Shown: one piece after another, positions 37,036-53,650 of the stretch | Layout: the number at the start of each line of letters is the position of its first letter | How positions within the stretch are numbered: the first letter of the stretch is position 1 | From: Escherichia coli | GTDB lineage: Bacteria; Pseudomonadota; Gammaproteobacteria; Enterobacterales; Enterobacteriaceae | Length of the DNA: 64,000 nt | Assembly: GCF_011045215.1 (NCBI RefSeq) | Contig: NZ_CP049201.1 | Reading direction: 5' to 3' (one strand) | The notes under the pieces: model-generated | Databases searched by the model: none | Told to the model about the DNA's origin: nothing | What the model saw: the letters and a program-made list of their open reading frames with translations, nothing else | Made by a program: the position numbers and the translations under genes

Positions 37036-37251
37036 TTATTGGACATAGTGCCAGACGGACTTCGGTACCTGGCCGAGGTCAAACAAACGCCCGCCAGAAA
37101 CCAGCTCTGCGCGACGGTGATCGGCAGCACGATACATATTGATCAGTTCCTGATCGTCCGTCAGGGTGTAATTAAGATGGTCGTAGAGTTTTTCCAGACT
37201 TTCGAGTGAACTGATTTTGCGAAATTTTAATAAGTAGTCCTGAACAGTCAT
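37036..37251 (-). CDS. cnu: Hha-family nucleoid-associated protein Cnu (YdgT)
   Basis: 71-aa [33 protein letters not shown]. Confidence 0.93.
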
Positions 37252-37523
37252 AAAAGGTCCATAAAATAATTAATACCAAAGGGGTAGGTATTATTAGTGA
37301 TGATAAAATTTCACCAAAAGTGAACGCTTGTGTTATTACAATAATAAGAATGCGCTGATGGCAAATATTCAGGGATGAAAAACTGCTCTGAAAAGAGTAA
37401 CGCGCTTTACTATCCCTGACAATCACCAACAACATCGAACAAGATAATAAATTCCTGGTTTAATATCCGACAAGTGAAAACATGCACCCGGACGGGCAGC
37501 ATGTCGCTCTACAAGTGCAGAGC

Positions 37524-37649
37524 TTACTTGTGTTGTACCGTAGTACTCTGTTCAGGTGGCTGATAGTTGTCAATGTGACTCGCCACGCCAAGAAGAATGA
37601 CTGAAACGACAAGAACGATCCAACCTGTTAATTCAATAAGACGATTCAT
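37524..37649 (-). CDS. blr: 41-aa small membrane protein Blr
   Basis: Hand translation of minus strand: MNRLIELTGWIVLVVSVILLGVASHIDNYQPPEQSTTVQHK; position between cnu and ydgJ matches blr. Confidence 0.8.
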   Translation of the reverse strand: MNRLIELTGWIVLVVSVILLGVASHIDNYQPPEQSTTVQHK

Positions 37650-37891
37650 TACAACTCACATCTCTGTTGATTGATCCATTAACTTCAGGGGGTAAATGTT
37701 ACTTAGCAATAATAGCTCCAGCAAGATTTTTACTGAGGTTTTTGCGATATTTAGCTTTTGTCGTTGGAAAAATCGCTATTTTTTTGACTTAAGTTAAACA
37801 ACATCCCTTATTGCTGGCAGGTTATTAAACTGTTGAGCGAGGGTAAAGGATAGTGTCAAATAGCCATCATACTTCAATGAGAGGCAATGAC

Positions 37892-38932
37892 ATGAGCGAC
37901 AACATCCGTGTTGGGTTGATTGGGTATGGTTATGCGAGCAAAACCTTCCATGCGCCCCTGATTGCGGGCACGCCCGGGCTGGAACTGGCGGTTATCTCCA
38001 GCAGTGATGAAACAAAAGTAAAAGCCGACTGGCCAACGGTTACGGTTGTCTCTGAGCCGAAGCATCTGTTTAACGATCCCAACATAGACCTGATTGTCAT
38101 TCCTACACCCAACGATACCCATTTCCCGTTAGCCAAAGCGGCGCTTAAGGCGGGTAAACATGTGGTCGTTGATAAACCCTTTACCGTGACACTGTCACAA
38201 GCGCGAGAGCTGGATGCGCTGGCAAAAAGCCTGGGGCGTGTGCTGTCTGTATTCCATAACCGTCGTTGGGATAGCGATTTCTTGACGCTAAAAGGTTTGC
38301 TAGCGGAAGGCGTGCTGGGTGAAGTTGCTTACTTTGAGTCTCATTTTGACCGCTTCCGTCCGCAGGTGCGCGATCGTTGGCGTGAACAGGGCGGCCCAGG
38401 CAGCGGTATCTGGTACGATTTAGCACCACATCTTCTTGATCAGGCTATTACATTATTTGGTTTACCGGTCAGCATGACGGTGGACTTGGCACAGTTACGG
38501 CCTGGAGCGCAGTCGACCGATTATTTCCACGCCATCTTGTCCTATCCACAGCGGCGAGTCATTTTACACGGTACCATGCTGGCAGCCGCTGAGTCAGCAC
38601 GGTATATCGTGCATGGATCCCGAGGCAGTTATGTGAAATATGGCCTCGATCCACAGGAAGAACGTCTGAAAAATGGCGAGCGTCTGCCGCAGGAAGACTG
38701 GGGCTACGATATGCGTGATGGCGTACTTACCCGCGTGGAAGGTGAGGAACGTGTCGAAGAAACGCTGTTGACGGTGCCTGGGAATTATCCGGCTTACTAT
38801 GCGGCGATTCGTGATGCGTTAAATGGCGATGGTGAAAATCCGGTTCCGGCAAGCCAGGCAATCCAGGTAATGGAGTTGATTGAGCTGGGCATCGAATCCG
38901 CCAAACATCGCGCGACTTTGTGCCTTGCATGA
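37892..38932 (+). CDS. ydgJ: Gfo/Idh/MocA-family oxidoreductase YdgJ
   Basis: 346-aa frame from ATG at 37892 (MSDNIRVGLIGYGYASKTFHAPL), Rossmann motif. Confidence 0.9.
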   Translation: MSDNIRVGLIGYGYASKTFHAPLIAGTPGLELAVISSSDETKVKADWPTVTVVSEPKHLFNDPNIDLIVIPTPNDTHFPLAKAALKAGKHVVVDKPFTVTLSQARELDALAKSLGRVLSVFHNRRWDSDFLTLKGLLAEGVLGEVAYFESHFDRFRPQVRDRWREQGGPGSGIWYDLAPHLLDQAITLFGLPVSMTVDLAQLRPGAQSTDYFHAILSYPQRRVILHGTMLAAAESARYIVHGSRGSYVKYGLDPQEERLKNGERLPQEDWGYDMRDGVLTRVEGEERVEETLLTVPGNYPAYYAAIRDALNGDGENPVPASQAIQVMELIELGIESAKHRATLCLA

Positions 38933-38966
38933 AAAATGGATGGTGCAATTTGCACCATCCATTTTT
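38931..38966. terminator. bidirectional terminator between convergent ydgJ and add
   Basis: AAAAA-ATGGATGGTGC-AATTT-GCACCATCCAT-TTTTT, 11-bp stem flanked by A5 and T5. Confidence 0.75.
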
Positions 38967-38967
38967 G

Positions 38968-39969
38968 TTACTTCGCTGCGGCTTTTTCTCGCAGTGCGCG
39001 TTTTTCCTCAGCGCTGAGGAAAGCCATTTCCAGACCATTAATCTGTGCCTGGCGGATTTGCTCGCGGGATAACCCAGCAGCTGGCGCGGCAACGTTATAT
39101 TCGTGAATGATATCCACTCCCTGTACGCCGGGATCGTCAGTGTTAATGCTGGCACGAATGCCATGATCAAGGAACGTTTTCAGCGGATGTGCAGCCAGCT
39201 CAGCCACGGTGCTGGTCTGAATATTGGAGGTCAGACAGGATTCAATACCAATTTGTTGCTCGGCGAGAAAATCCATCAGCGCCCGATCTTCAATGGCTTT
39301 TACGCCATGTCCAATACGCTCCGCACCCAGTTCACGAATCGCCTGCCAGATGCTTTCCGGCCCGGCAGCTTCGCCTGCATGGACGGTAATATGCCAGCCC
39401 GCATCACGCGCGCGGTTGAAGTGGGAAAGGAACAGACTTCCCGGGAAACCAAGTTCATCACCGGCTAAATCAAGTGCGGTAATCTGGTCACGGTGGGCTA
39501 AAAAGGCTTCCAGCTCTTGCTGACAGGCGGCTTCGCCGAAGGTCCGGCTCATAATGCCGATAAGCTTCGCCTGCACACCAAAGGTGCGGCAACCTTCACG
39601 TACGCCATCGATCACCGCTTCGACAACACCCGCTACAGGCAGCTTATGTGCCATTGCCATGTAGCCTGGTGAAAAACGCAGCTCGACATAGTGCAGGCCG
39701 TTACGGGCTGCATCTTCAATGTTTTCAAATGCCACGCGGCGGCAGGCATCAAGAGAGGCGAGAACTTTAACACCCCAGTCAAGTTTGGTCAGAAAGCTCA
39801 CCAGATCGGGTTCGTTGGCAATGACCTGAACGTGGGGAATCAGTGTTTCCAGGGATTGTGCAGGAAGCGAGATATTATACTGGCGGCCAAGTTCAAGAAT
39901 GGTCTGGGGACGAATGTTACCATCAAGGTGGCGATGGATATCAGTTAATGGCAGGGTGGTATCAATCAT
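38968..39969 (-). CDS. add: adenosine deaminase
   Basis: 333-aa [31 protein letters not shown]. Confidence 0.96.
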   Translation of the reverse strand: MIDTTLPLTDIHRHLDGNIRPQTILELGRQYNISLPAQSLETLIPHVQVIANEPDLVSFLTKLDWGVKVLASLDACRRVAFENIEDAARNGLHYVELRFSPGYMAMAHKLPVAGVVEAVIDGVREGCRTFGVQAKLIGIMSRTFGEAACQQELEAFLAHRDQITALDLAGDELGFPGSLFLSHFNRARDAGWHITVHAGEAAGPESIWQAIRELGAERIGHGVKAIEDRALMDFLAEQQIGIESCLTSNIQTSTVAELAAHPLKTFLDHGIRASINTDDPGVQGVDIIHEYNVAAPAAGLSREQIRQAQINGLEMAFLSAEEKRALREKAAAK

Positions 39970-40037
39970 GGTCGCACTCTTTTTCTGGATATAAAAGTGC
40001 GCACCATTATAAAAACAAAGCAGGGTAAAAATCCACG

Positions 40038-40067
40038 ATTGCGCAACAATTTTTTACGTTGCGCAAT
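40038..40067 (-). terminator. inverted repeat downstream of malY (candidate terminator; overlaps add upstream region)
   Basis: ATTGCGCAAC-N10-GTTGCGCAAT perfect 10-bp arms. Confidence 0.4.
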
Positions 40068-40072
40068 TGGGG

Positions 40073-41245
40073 TTAGCGAACAGCGCGGATGGCGTTAATT
40101 AATCCAGCCACACCTTTTTCCAGTTTCGAACGTGGGCAGCCGGCATTGAGACGGACAAAACCACGACCTTCTTCACCGTAGGTATACCCCGGCATGATCG
40201 CGACCTTTTCTTGCTCGATAAGCGCTTTTTGCAACGCGTTGTCGTCAATATTCAATGGACGTAGATCAAGCCAGGCCAGATAAGTGGATTGCGGGATCTG
40301 CCAGTTGAGTTCAGGAAACGCGGCGTTCATTTTATCTGCGATATACGTCAGGTTATCTTTCAGATAGACGCGTAAGGCATCCAGCCACGGCGCGCCTTGC
40401 TGATAGGCGGCGATATGAGCAGTTAACGCCAGTACCGAAGGGGAAGAAAGCCCATCACGGCCTTTCAGTGCCGATAAATAGGCATCGCGGCTACTGCTAT
40501 TTTCTATAATCCCGTAAGCACCGGTCAGGGCGGGAATATTGAAACTTTTCGATCCCGACGTTAGCAACGCCCAGTCTCCGCGAGCCACATTACTCCAGGG
40601 AATATGCGGCTGCTCGCCCCAAACCATATCCATATGGATTTCATCGGAAATAACCCGCACACCATGACGCTCGCACAGGTCAGCCATGATCTCCAGCTCA
40701 TCGCACGTCCACACTTTCCCGGTAGGATTCTGTGGGCTACACAGGAGCATAATTTTACATTCTGGTTTCGCCAACACGGCTTCCAGCTTGCCCATATCGC
40801 AAAACCAGCCGTCAGCCTGCTTCTCTAAAGCAACGGGCATTACTGTGCGCTGGTTACCTTCAATGGCCTTGTAAAATGCGTCATAGGCGGGCGTGTGGAT
40901 CACCACGCCTTCACCTGTTTCAGACCACTGACGAATCAGTTCTGAAACCATATAGATGACAGAAGGGCCATACACCACCGTCTGCGTATCAATTGCGGTG
41001 TAATGCTGGGTGGAAAACCAGTGGGCAATAGCCGCGAGAAATTCATCGTTTTTCCAGCGGCTGTAGCCAAATACGCCGTGCATCAGGCGCTGATTCAGCG
41101 CCTCGATAATGCAGGGGGCAGTGGCAAAATCCATGTCTGAAATCGTGAACGGTAACAGGTCAGCAGTGCCGAAACGGTCAGCGACATAATCCCACTGTGT
41201 ACACCATGTGCCATGACGATCCACGACCTTTGAAAAATCGAACAT
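40073..41245 (-). CDS. malY: PLP-dependent cystathionine beta-lyase / Mal regulon modulator MalY
   Basis: 390-aa ORF matching MalY. Confidence 0.94.
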   Translation of the reverse strand: MFDFSKVVDRHGTWCTQWDYVADRFGTADLLPFTISDMDFATAPCIIEALNQRLMHGVFGYSRWKNDEFLAAIAHWFSTQHYTAIDTQTVVYGPSVIYMVSELIRQWSETGEGVVIHTPAYDAFYKAIEGNQRTVMPVALEKQADGWFCDMGKLEAVLAKPECKIMLLCSPQNPTGKVWTCDELEIMADLCERHGVRVISDEIHMDMVWGEQPHIPWSNVARGDWALLTSGSKSFNIPALTGAYGIIENSSSRDAYLSALKGRDGLSSPSVLALTAHIAAYQQGAPWLDALRVYLKDNLTYIADKMNAAFPELNWQIPQSTYLAWLDLRPLNIDDNALQKALIEQEKVAIMPGYTYGEEGRGFVRLNAGCPRSKLEKGVAGLINAIRAVR

Positions 41246-41254
41246 ATCTTATCC

Positions 41255-44050
<2,796 letters not shown>

Positions 44051-44161
44051 TCCTCTCTTTATCTGCTATACCTGGTAGTGTCCTTTCCTCAAGGTTAATG
44101 ATAAAAAATGTGGCACACAGGCGGTGCCTTTTATTTTTACTGAAGTTCACAGGAGGTTTAT

Positions 44162-44929
44162 GTGTTTAATTCTGACAACCTGAGACTCGACGGAAAATGC
44201 GCCATCATCACAGGTGCGGGTGCAGGTATTGGTAAAGAAATCGCCATTACATTCGCGACAGCTGGCGCATCTGTGGTGGTCAGTGATATTAACGCCGACG
44301 CAGCTAACCATGTTGTAGATGAAATTCAACAACTGGGTGGTCAGGCATTTGCCTGGCGTTGTGATATTACTTCCGAACAGGAACTCTCTGCACTGGCAGA
44401 CTTTGCCGTCAGTAAGCTGGGTAAAGTTGATATCCTGGTTAACAACGCCGGTGGCGGTGGTCCTAAACCGTTTGATATGCCAATGGCGGATTTTCGCCGT
44501 GCTTATGAACTGAATGTGTTTTCTTTTTTCCATCTGTCACAACTTGTTGCGCCAGAAATGGAAAAAAATGGCGGTGGCGTTATTCTGACCATCACTTCTA
44601 TGGCGGCAGAAAATAAAAATATAAACATGACTTCCTATGCATCATCTAAAGCTGCGGCCAGTCATCTGGTCAGAAATATGGCGTTTGACCTGGGTGAAAA
44701 AAATATTCGGGTAAATGGCATTGCGCCGGGGGCAATATTAACCGATGCCCTGAAATCCGTTATTACACCAGAAATTGAACAAAAAATGTTACAGCACACG
44801 CCGATTAGACGTCTGGGCCAACCGCAAGATATTGCTAACGCAGCTCTGTTCCTTTGCTCGCCTGCAGCCAGCTGGGTAAGCGGACAAATTCTCACCGTCT
44901 CCGGTGGTGGGGTACAGGAGCTCAATTAA
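44162..44929 (+). CDS. hdhA: 7-alpha-hydroxysteroid dehydrogenase (SDR)
   Basis: 255-aa ORF, GTG start, TGAGAGIG Rossmann motif. Confidence 0.94.
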   Translation: MFNSDNLRLDGKCAIITGAGAGIGKEIAITFATAGASVVVSDINADAANHVVDEIQQLGGQAFAWRCDITSEQELSALADFAVSKLGKVDILVNNAGGGGPKPFDMPMADFRRAYELNVFSFFHLSQLVAPEMEKNGGGVILTITSMAAENKNINMTSYASSKAAASHLVRNMAFDLGEKNIRVNGIAPGAILTDALKSVITPEIEQKMLQHTPIRRLGQPQDIANAALFLCSPAASWVSGQILTVSGGGVQELN

Positions 44930-45157
44930 TACACTAACGAACCGGTAAACAGCCGTATGTGTTGTTTACCGGGATAGCGTGTGCAATTCATCAACGTCTC
45001 TGCTAAACAACTGGCAGCCAAATCACGGCTATTGGTTAACCAATTACTGGGTGAAAAGTAAACGAATAGAGTGTGCCTTCGCACTATTCAACAGCAATGA
45101 TAGGCGCTCACCTGACAACGCGGTAAACTAGTTATTCACGCTAACTATAATGGTTTA

Positions 45158-45748
45158 ATGATGGATAACATGCAGACTGAAGCACAACCGACACGGACCC
45201 GGATCCTCAATGCTGCCAGAGAGATTTTTTCAGAAAATGGATTTCACAGTGCCTCGATGAAAGCCATCTGTAAATCTTGCGCCATTAGTCCCGGGACGCT
45301 CTATCACCATTTCATCTCCAAAGAAGCCTTGATTCAGGCGATTATCTTACAGGACCAGGAGAGGGCGCTGGCCCGTTTCCGGGAACCGATTGAAGGGATT
45401 CATTTTGTTGACTATATGGTCGAGTCTATTGTCTCTCTCACCCATGAAGCCTTTGGGCAACGGGCGCTGGTGGTCGAAATTATGGCGGAAGGGATGCGTA
45501 ACCCACAGGTCGCCGCCATGCTTAAAAATAAGCATATGACGATCACTGAATTTGTTGCTCAGCGGATGCGTGATGCCCAGCAAAAAGGCGAGATAAGCCC
45601 AGACATCAACACGGCAATGACTTCACGTTTACTGCTGGATCTGACCTACGGTGTACTGGCCGATATCGAAGCGGAAGACCTGGCGCGTGAAGCGTCGTTT
45701 GCTCAGGGATTACGCGCGATGATTGGCGGTATCTTAACCGCATCCTGA
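45158..45748 (+). CDS. uidR: TetR-family repressor of the glucuronide operon (UidR/GusR)
   Basis: 196-aa ORF matching UidR. Confidence 0.94.
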   Translation: MMDNMQTEAQPTRTRILNAAREIFSENGFHSASMKAICKSCAISPGTLYHHFISKEALIQAIILQDQERALARFREPIEGIHFVDYMVESIVSLTHEAFGQRALVVEIMAEGMRNPQVAAMLKNKHMTITEFVAQRMRDAQQKGEISPDINTAMTSRLLLDLTYGVLADIEAEDLAREASFAQGLRAMIGGILTAS

Positions 45749-46086
45749 TCCTCTCATTTCGCGGGCTGGTGATAACTGTGCCCGCGTTTCATACTTTAAT
45801 TTCCCTGTACAAAATACAATCTCCCCGGGATCGGAGAATTCCCCCCCCCAAAATATTCACCGTAGCCATATGTCATGAGAGTTTATCGTTCTCAAGATGC
45901 TCGAACGAACGTTCGATTGCTTATTTTATGGCTTCTGTCAACGCTGTTTTAAAGATTAATGCGATCTATATCACGCTGTGGGTATTGCAGTTTTTGGTTT
46001 TTTGATCGCGGTGTCAGTTCTTTTTATTTCCATTTCTCTTCCATGGGTTTCTCACAGATAACTGTGTGCAACACAGAATTGGTTAA

Positions 46087-49319
<3,233 letters not shown>

Positions 49320-49357
49320 TATTCTATAAAAATAATCAGAACATCAAAGGTGCAACT

Positions 49358-50623
49358 ATGAGAAAAATAGTGGCCATGGCCTTTATTTACCTGACGGCTG
49401 CCTCTGGCCTTACCTCTGCTTACGCGGCGCAACTGGCTGACGATGAAGCGGGACTACGCATCAGATTGAAAAACGAATTGCGCAGGGCTGATAAGCCCAG
49501 TGCTGGCGCGGGAAGAGATATTTACGCATGGGTACAGGGAGGATTGCTCGATTTCAATAGTGGTTATTATTCCAATATTATTGGCGTTGAAGGCGGAGCG
49601 TATTATGTCTATAAATTAGGTGCTCGTGCTGATATGAGTACCCGTTGGTATCTTGATGGTGATAAAAGTTTTGGCTTTGCCTTGGGTGCGGTAAAAATAA
49701 AACCGAGTGAAAATAGTTTACTTAAATTAGGTCGCTTCGGGACGGATTATAGTTATGGTAGCTTACCTTATCGTATTCCGTTAATGGCTGGCAGTTCGCA
49801 ACGTACATTACCGACTGTTTCTGAAGGAGCATTAGGTTATTGGGCTTTAACGCCAAATATTGATCTGTGGGGAATGTGGCGTTCACGAGTATTTTTATGG
49901 ACCGATTCAACAACCGGCATCCGTGATGAAGGGGTTTATAACAGCCAGACGGGAAAATACGATAAACATCGCGCACGTTCTTTTTTAGCCGCCAGTTGGC
50001 ATGATGATACCAGTCGCTATTCTCTGGGGGCATCGGTACAGAAAGATGTCTCCAACCAGATTCAAAGTATTCTGGAGAAAAGCATTCCGCTCGCTCAGGA
50101 TTATGCGCTGAAAGGGGAGTTGCTTGGCTTTTACGCGCAACTCGAAGGCTTAAGTCGTAATACCAGCCAGCCCAATGAAACGGCGTTGGTTAGTGGACAA
50201 TTGACCTGGAGTGCGCCGTGGGGAAGCGTTTTTGGTAGTGGTGGTTATCTGCGTCATGCGATGAATGGAGCTGTAGTGGATACCGACATTGGCTATCCCT
50301 TTTCATTAAGTCTTGATCGTAACCGTGAAGGAATGCAGTCCTGGCAATTGGGCGTCAATTATCGTTTAACCCCGCAATTTACGCTGACATTTGCGCCGAT
50401 TGTGACCCGCGGCTATGAGTCCAGTAAACGAGATGTGCGGATTGAAGGCGCGGGTATCTTAGGTGGTATGAACTATCGGGTCAGCGAAGGGCCGTTACAA
50501 GGGATGAATTTCTTTCTTGCTGCCGATAAAGGGCGGGAAAAGCGCAACGGCAGTACGCTGGGCAATCGCCTGAATTACTGGGATGTGAAAATGAGTATTC
50601 AGTATGACTTTATGTTGAAGTAA
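49358..50623 (+). CDS. uidC: outer membrane glucuronide porin
   Basis: 421-aa ORF with signal peptide and C-terminal aromatic residue. Confidence 0.93.
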   Translation: MRKIVAMAFIYLTAASGLTSAYAAQLADDEAGLRIRLKNELRRADKPSAGAGRDIYAWVQGGLLDFNSGYYSNIIGVEGGAYYVYKLGARADMSTRWYLDGDKSFGFALGAVKIKPSENSLLKLGRFGTDYSYGSLPYRIPLMAGSSQRTLPTVSEGALGYWALTPNIDLWGMWRSRVFLWTDSTTGIRDEGVYNSQTGKYDKHRARSFLAASWHDDTSRYSLGASVQKDVSNQIQSILEKSIPLAQDYALKGELLGFYAQLEGLSRNTSQPNETALVSGQLTWSAPWGSVFGSGGYLRHAMNGAVVDTDIGYPFSLSLDRNREGMQSWQLGVNYRLTPQFTLTFAPIVTRGYESSKRDVRIEGAGILGGMNYRVSEGPLQGMNFFLAADKGREKRNGSTLGNRLNYWDVKMSIQYDFMLK

Positions 50624-50624
50624 G

Positions 50625-50658
50625 AAAAAACGCCGGAGTGAAAATCCTCCGGCGTTTT
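50625..50658. terminator. bidirectional terminator between convergent uidC and ydgA
   Basis: AAAAAACGCCGGAG-TGAAAATC-CTCCGGCGTTTT. Confidence 0.75.
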
Positions 50659-50667
50659 GGCTGTGAA

Positions 50668-52176
50668 TTACTGCTGCGGAATAGCGGGTACAGCCGGAAC
50701 GTTTAATGCCGGCATCGCAAACATACCAACAAAATCTTCCAGTGGCATTTTCTGCCCGTTTAACGTGATCTGACCGTTAGCATATTGCAGGCTGGTGGTG
50801 ATGGTGTTGTCCTGCAAGGTGGTCAGACGGAACATCTGGCCCATTGCTGATGCGCCTTCAACTTGCTGTTTCGCCAGCTTTTTCGCTTGATCTTCCTGAT
50901 AACCTTCCAACTTCGCTACCTGAGTCATCAGTTCAGTTGCCATATCGACCGGAATGGTCAGTTTCGCATCCAGAGATTTAACCGAACGATCTACTTCCTG
51001 CGCCAGCGTTTGCGGCGCTTCTTTAGTCGTTGCCGGATCTTTCAGGAACAACGACAGATTCAGCGCACTTTCACCCTGACTGTTTTTCCAGCTTAGTGGC
51101 GCGATAGTAATCACCGGATCGCCTTTCAACATCAGCGGCAGGGCGCTAAAGAAGGCTTCCGTCACTTTCTCCTGATAAAGTTCGGGATTGTTGGCAATTT
51201 CTGGCTGTGCCAGCAGCGCCTGAGTTTGCGCGTTATATTGCTGGCTAAACTGATGCCAGGCTTCACCATCAATCTGGCCGACTTTTAAAGTCAGCTTGCC
51301 GCTGCCCAGATCCTGATTCTGTACCTTCAGGCTGTTTAGCGAGTAATCCAGTTGGCTATTGATCGTTTTACCGTCATTGACCAGATCCGATTTACCGCTG
51401 ATCTCCATGCCTTCCAGCAGTGCCAGTTCTTTGCCTTCCACTGAAATGGTCATTTTTTCCAGTGACAGTTTTTGGTTTCCTACGCGCTCACCAAAACTTG
51501 CCAGCGTGCTGGAACCGTCGGTTTTCAGATTATTAAAGGTCAACTGCACTTTCTGGTTGTATTCGTTAACTGCGTCTATCCGACCACTTTGCGCCTCCCC
51601 GGAAAGGGAGATAGCTTTGCCGTCTCTGTCCGCATTTAACTGGAACTCGCCGCCGCTAAAGGCGACTTTTTCATCCTTTTGCTCGTAATTCAGCGGATTG
51701 AGCGAAATATCGGAACTGGAATCACCGCTGTAACCAATGCGCGAGTTAATCTCAAAAGGCGTTTCACCTTTTGCCATATCAAACAGTGGTTTGCTTACTT
51801 CGTTATTAACCAGCGTGGTTTGAATTGATGCCATCGATGGGATCAGGTTCAGTTTTTTAAGCTGGGCAAGGGGGAAGGGACCATGATCAACCGATTCGTT
51901 GAAGATGACGCTCTGACCGCTTTTAATCCACGGATTTTCTTTCCCGGCAATGGGTTTCACCAACAGTTGCAACTGGCTGCTGAATACGCCGCGATGATAG
52001 TTTTGATAACTCACTTCCAGGTTGGATTCAGGAGCTGTCAGTTTAAGTTGCGCGTTCGCCTGCGCGACCATCTCTTCGAGATGGGTTTCAATCTTCTTGC
52101 CTGTATACCATGCGCCGCCTGTCCAGACTACGCCTAGCGCAACAATGACGCCTACCGCTACCAGCGATTTATTCAT
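50668..52176 (-). CDS. ydgA: DUF945 family protein YdgA
   Basis: 502-aa ORF with N-terminal TM. Confidence 0.9.
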   Translation of the reverse strand: MNKSLVAVGVIVALGVVWTGGAWYTGKKIETHLEEMVAQANAQLKLTAPESNLEVSYQNYHRGVFSSQLQLLVKPIAGKENPWIKSGQSVIFNESVDHGPFPLAQLKKLNLIPSMASIQTTLVNNEVSKPLFDMAKGETPFEINSRIGYSGDSSSDISLNPLNYEQKDEKVAFSGGEFQLNADRDGKAISLSGEAQSGRIDAVNEYNQKVQLTFNNLKTDGSSTLASFGERVGNQKLSLEKMTISVEGKELALLEGMEISGKSDLVNDGKTINSQLDYSLNSLKVQNQDLGSGKLTLKVGQIDGEAWHQFSQQYNAQTQALLAQPEIANNPELYQEKVTEAFFSALPLMLKGDPVITIAPLSWKNSQGESALNLSLFLKDPATTKEAPQTLAQEVDRSVKSLDAKLTIPVDMATELMTQVAKLEGYQEDQAKKLAKQQVEGASAMGQMFRLTTLQDNTITTSLQYANGQITLNGQKMPLEDFVGMFAMPALNVPAVPAIPQQ

Positions 52177-52276
52177 AATGATTATCCATAAAATGAAATC
52201 AGGCGGACTGGCCGCCTGAAGGTGTTATAAGCCTTTAATAAGCTTAGCAAGAGATGTTAATTTTTTCAGTAAGCTC

Positions 52277-53452
52277 TTACAGCTTGTTGTAAACACGCGC
52301 TAAACGGCCGTGGCCTTTAACAGTCACCGGTGATTCGTTGGCGGCAATAAACGCTGATTCACCCGGTTTAAGCTGTAACTGCTGAGAACCTTTACACAGC
52401 GTTGCATCGCCTTCGACACAGAACAAAATGGCGGCACTCTGCTGGCTAATGGTGGTTTCTTTATCACTAAGGTCATGCAGCGAGAAGGCAAAATCATCAA
52501 CAGGAATCGGGAAGTCCAGTTCTGCACCTTGTTTCACCGGCTGGGTCAACAACTGGTTAGCCGGTTTGGCTTCGAACTTCACATTGGCAACCAGTTCCGG
52601 AATATCAATGTATTTAGGCGTCAGACCCGCACGCAGCACGTTATCGGAGTTTGCCATCACTTCCAGCGCCACGCCTTGCAGGTAAGCGTGCGGTGTTTCA
52701 GCGAACAGGAACATCGCTTCGCCAGGATTCAATTTCACCACATTCAGCAACAGCGGAGAGAACAGGCCGCTGTCATCCGGGTAAAATTCAGAAATTAAAC
52801 GAATCGTTTGCCACGGTTCACCCTGCTGACTGTCGAGCGCCGATTTTAAAATCGCCAGCGCGCGGGATTTTTCTTCACCCTGCATATTCAACAGGCTGGC
52901 GAACAGTTCGCTTAAACGTTCGGCATCAGGCTGTTGTAAAAAGTGAGCAATCGCCGGATGTGCACCTGCGACCGGCTGGAGTAGGGAGACAATCTCGGAA
53001 AATTCACGAAACGCGTTCATCGCAAGGAAAGGCGTCAGCGCAAAAACCAGCTCCGGCTTGTGGTTAGGATCTTTATAGTTACGCTCGGCGGCATCCATCG
53101 GGATACCTGCGGCATTTTCTTTGGCAAAACCGATTTCAGAATTGTGTTTGTTTGGATGAACCTGAATGGAGAGTGGCTGTGCTGCGCATAATACTTTGAA
53201 CAGGAAAGGCAGTTCGCCAAAGCGTTTGGCAACGGCCTCTCCGAGCAGAGTCGATTTATCACTCTCAATCACATCACGCAGTGAAACGATATCTCCGGCG
53301 GCATTCTGCACTCGTGAACTGCTTTTCGGATGTGCGCCCATCCACAGCTCGGCCATCGGCTGGCTGGACGGATTTTCCATACCATAAAGTTCAGTCAACG
53401 CCGTTTTGCTGCCCCAGGCATAGTTTTGCACTGAGTTAATGAGTTTTTGCAT
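52277..53452 (-). CDS. manA: mannose-6-phosphate isomerase
   Basis: 391-aa frame from ATG at 53452 (MQKLINSVQNYAWGSKTALTELYG). Confidence 0.96.
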   Translation of the reverse strand: MQKLINSVQNYAWGSKTALTELYGMENPSSQPMAELWMGAHPKSSSRVQNAAGDIVSLRDVIESDKSTLLGEAVAKRFGELPFLFKVLCAAQPLSIQVHPNKHNSEIGFAKENAAGIPMDAAERNYKDPNHKPELVFALTPFLAMNAFREFSEIVSLLQPVAGAHPAIAHFLQQPDAERLSELFASLLNMQGEEKSRALAILKSALDSQQGEPWQTIRLISEFYPDDSGLFSPLLLNVVKLNPGEAMFLFAETPHAYLQGVALEVMANSDNVLRAGLTPKYIDIPELVANVKFEAKPANQLLTQPVKQGAELDFPIPVDDFAFSLHDLSDKETTISQQSAAILFCVEGDATLCKGSQQLQLKPGESAFIAANESPVTVKGHGRLARVYNKL

Positions 53453-53650
53453 GATCAATCCCTGTTTTAATGTGGAAATTAATCCCGCTATTAAAGCAAG
53501 AATCCTACGGGAAGTAACCTGGAGCCGCAAAAAGTCGTACTAGTCTCAGTTTTTGTTAAAAAAGTGTGTAGGATATTGTTACTCGCTTTTAACAGGGCAA
53601 CGGAACACCCGCCCAGAGCATAACCAAACCAGGCAGTAAGTGAGAGAACA

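Noticed and set aside
45828-45841. CCCGGG...GAATTC as a possible cloning-vector polylinker remnant
   Set aside because: No other vector-like sequence (no lacZ-alpha, ori, bla or remaining polylinker sites) nearby; most likely a chance occurrence in native intergenic DNA.
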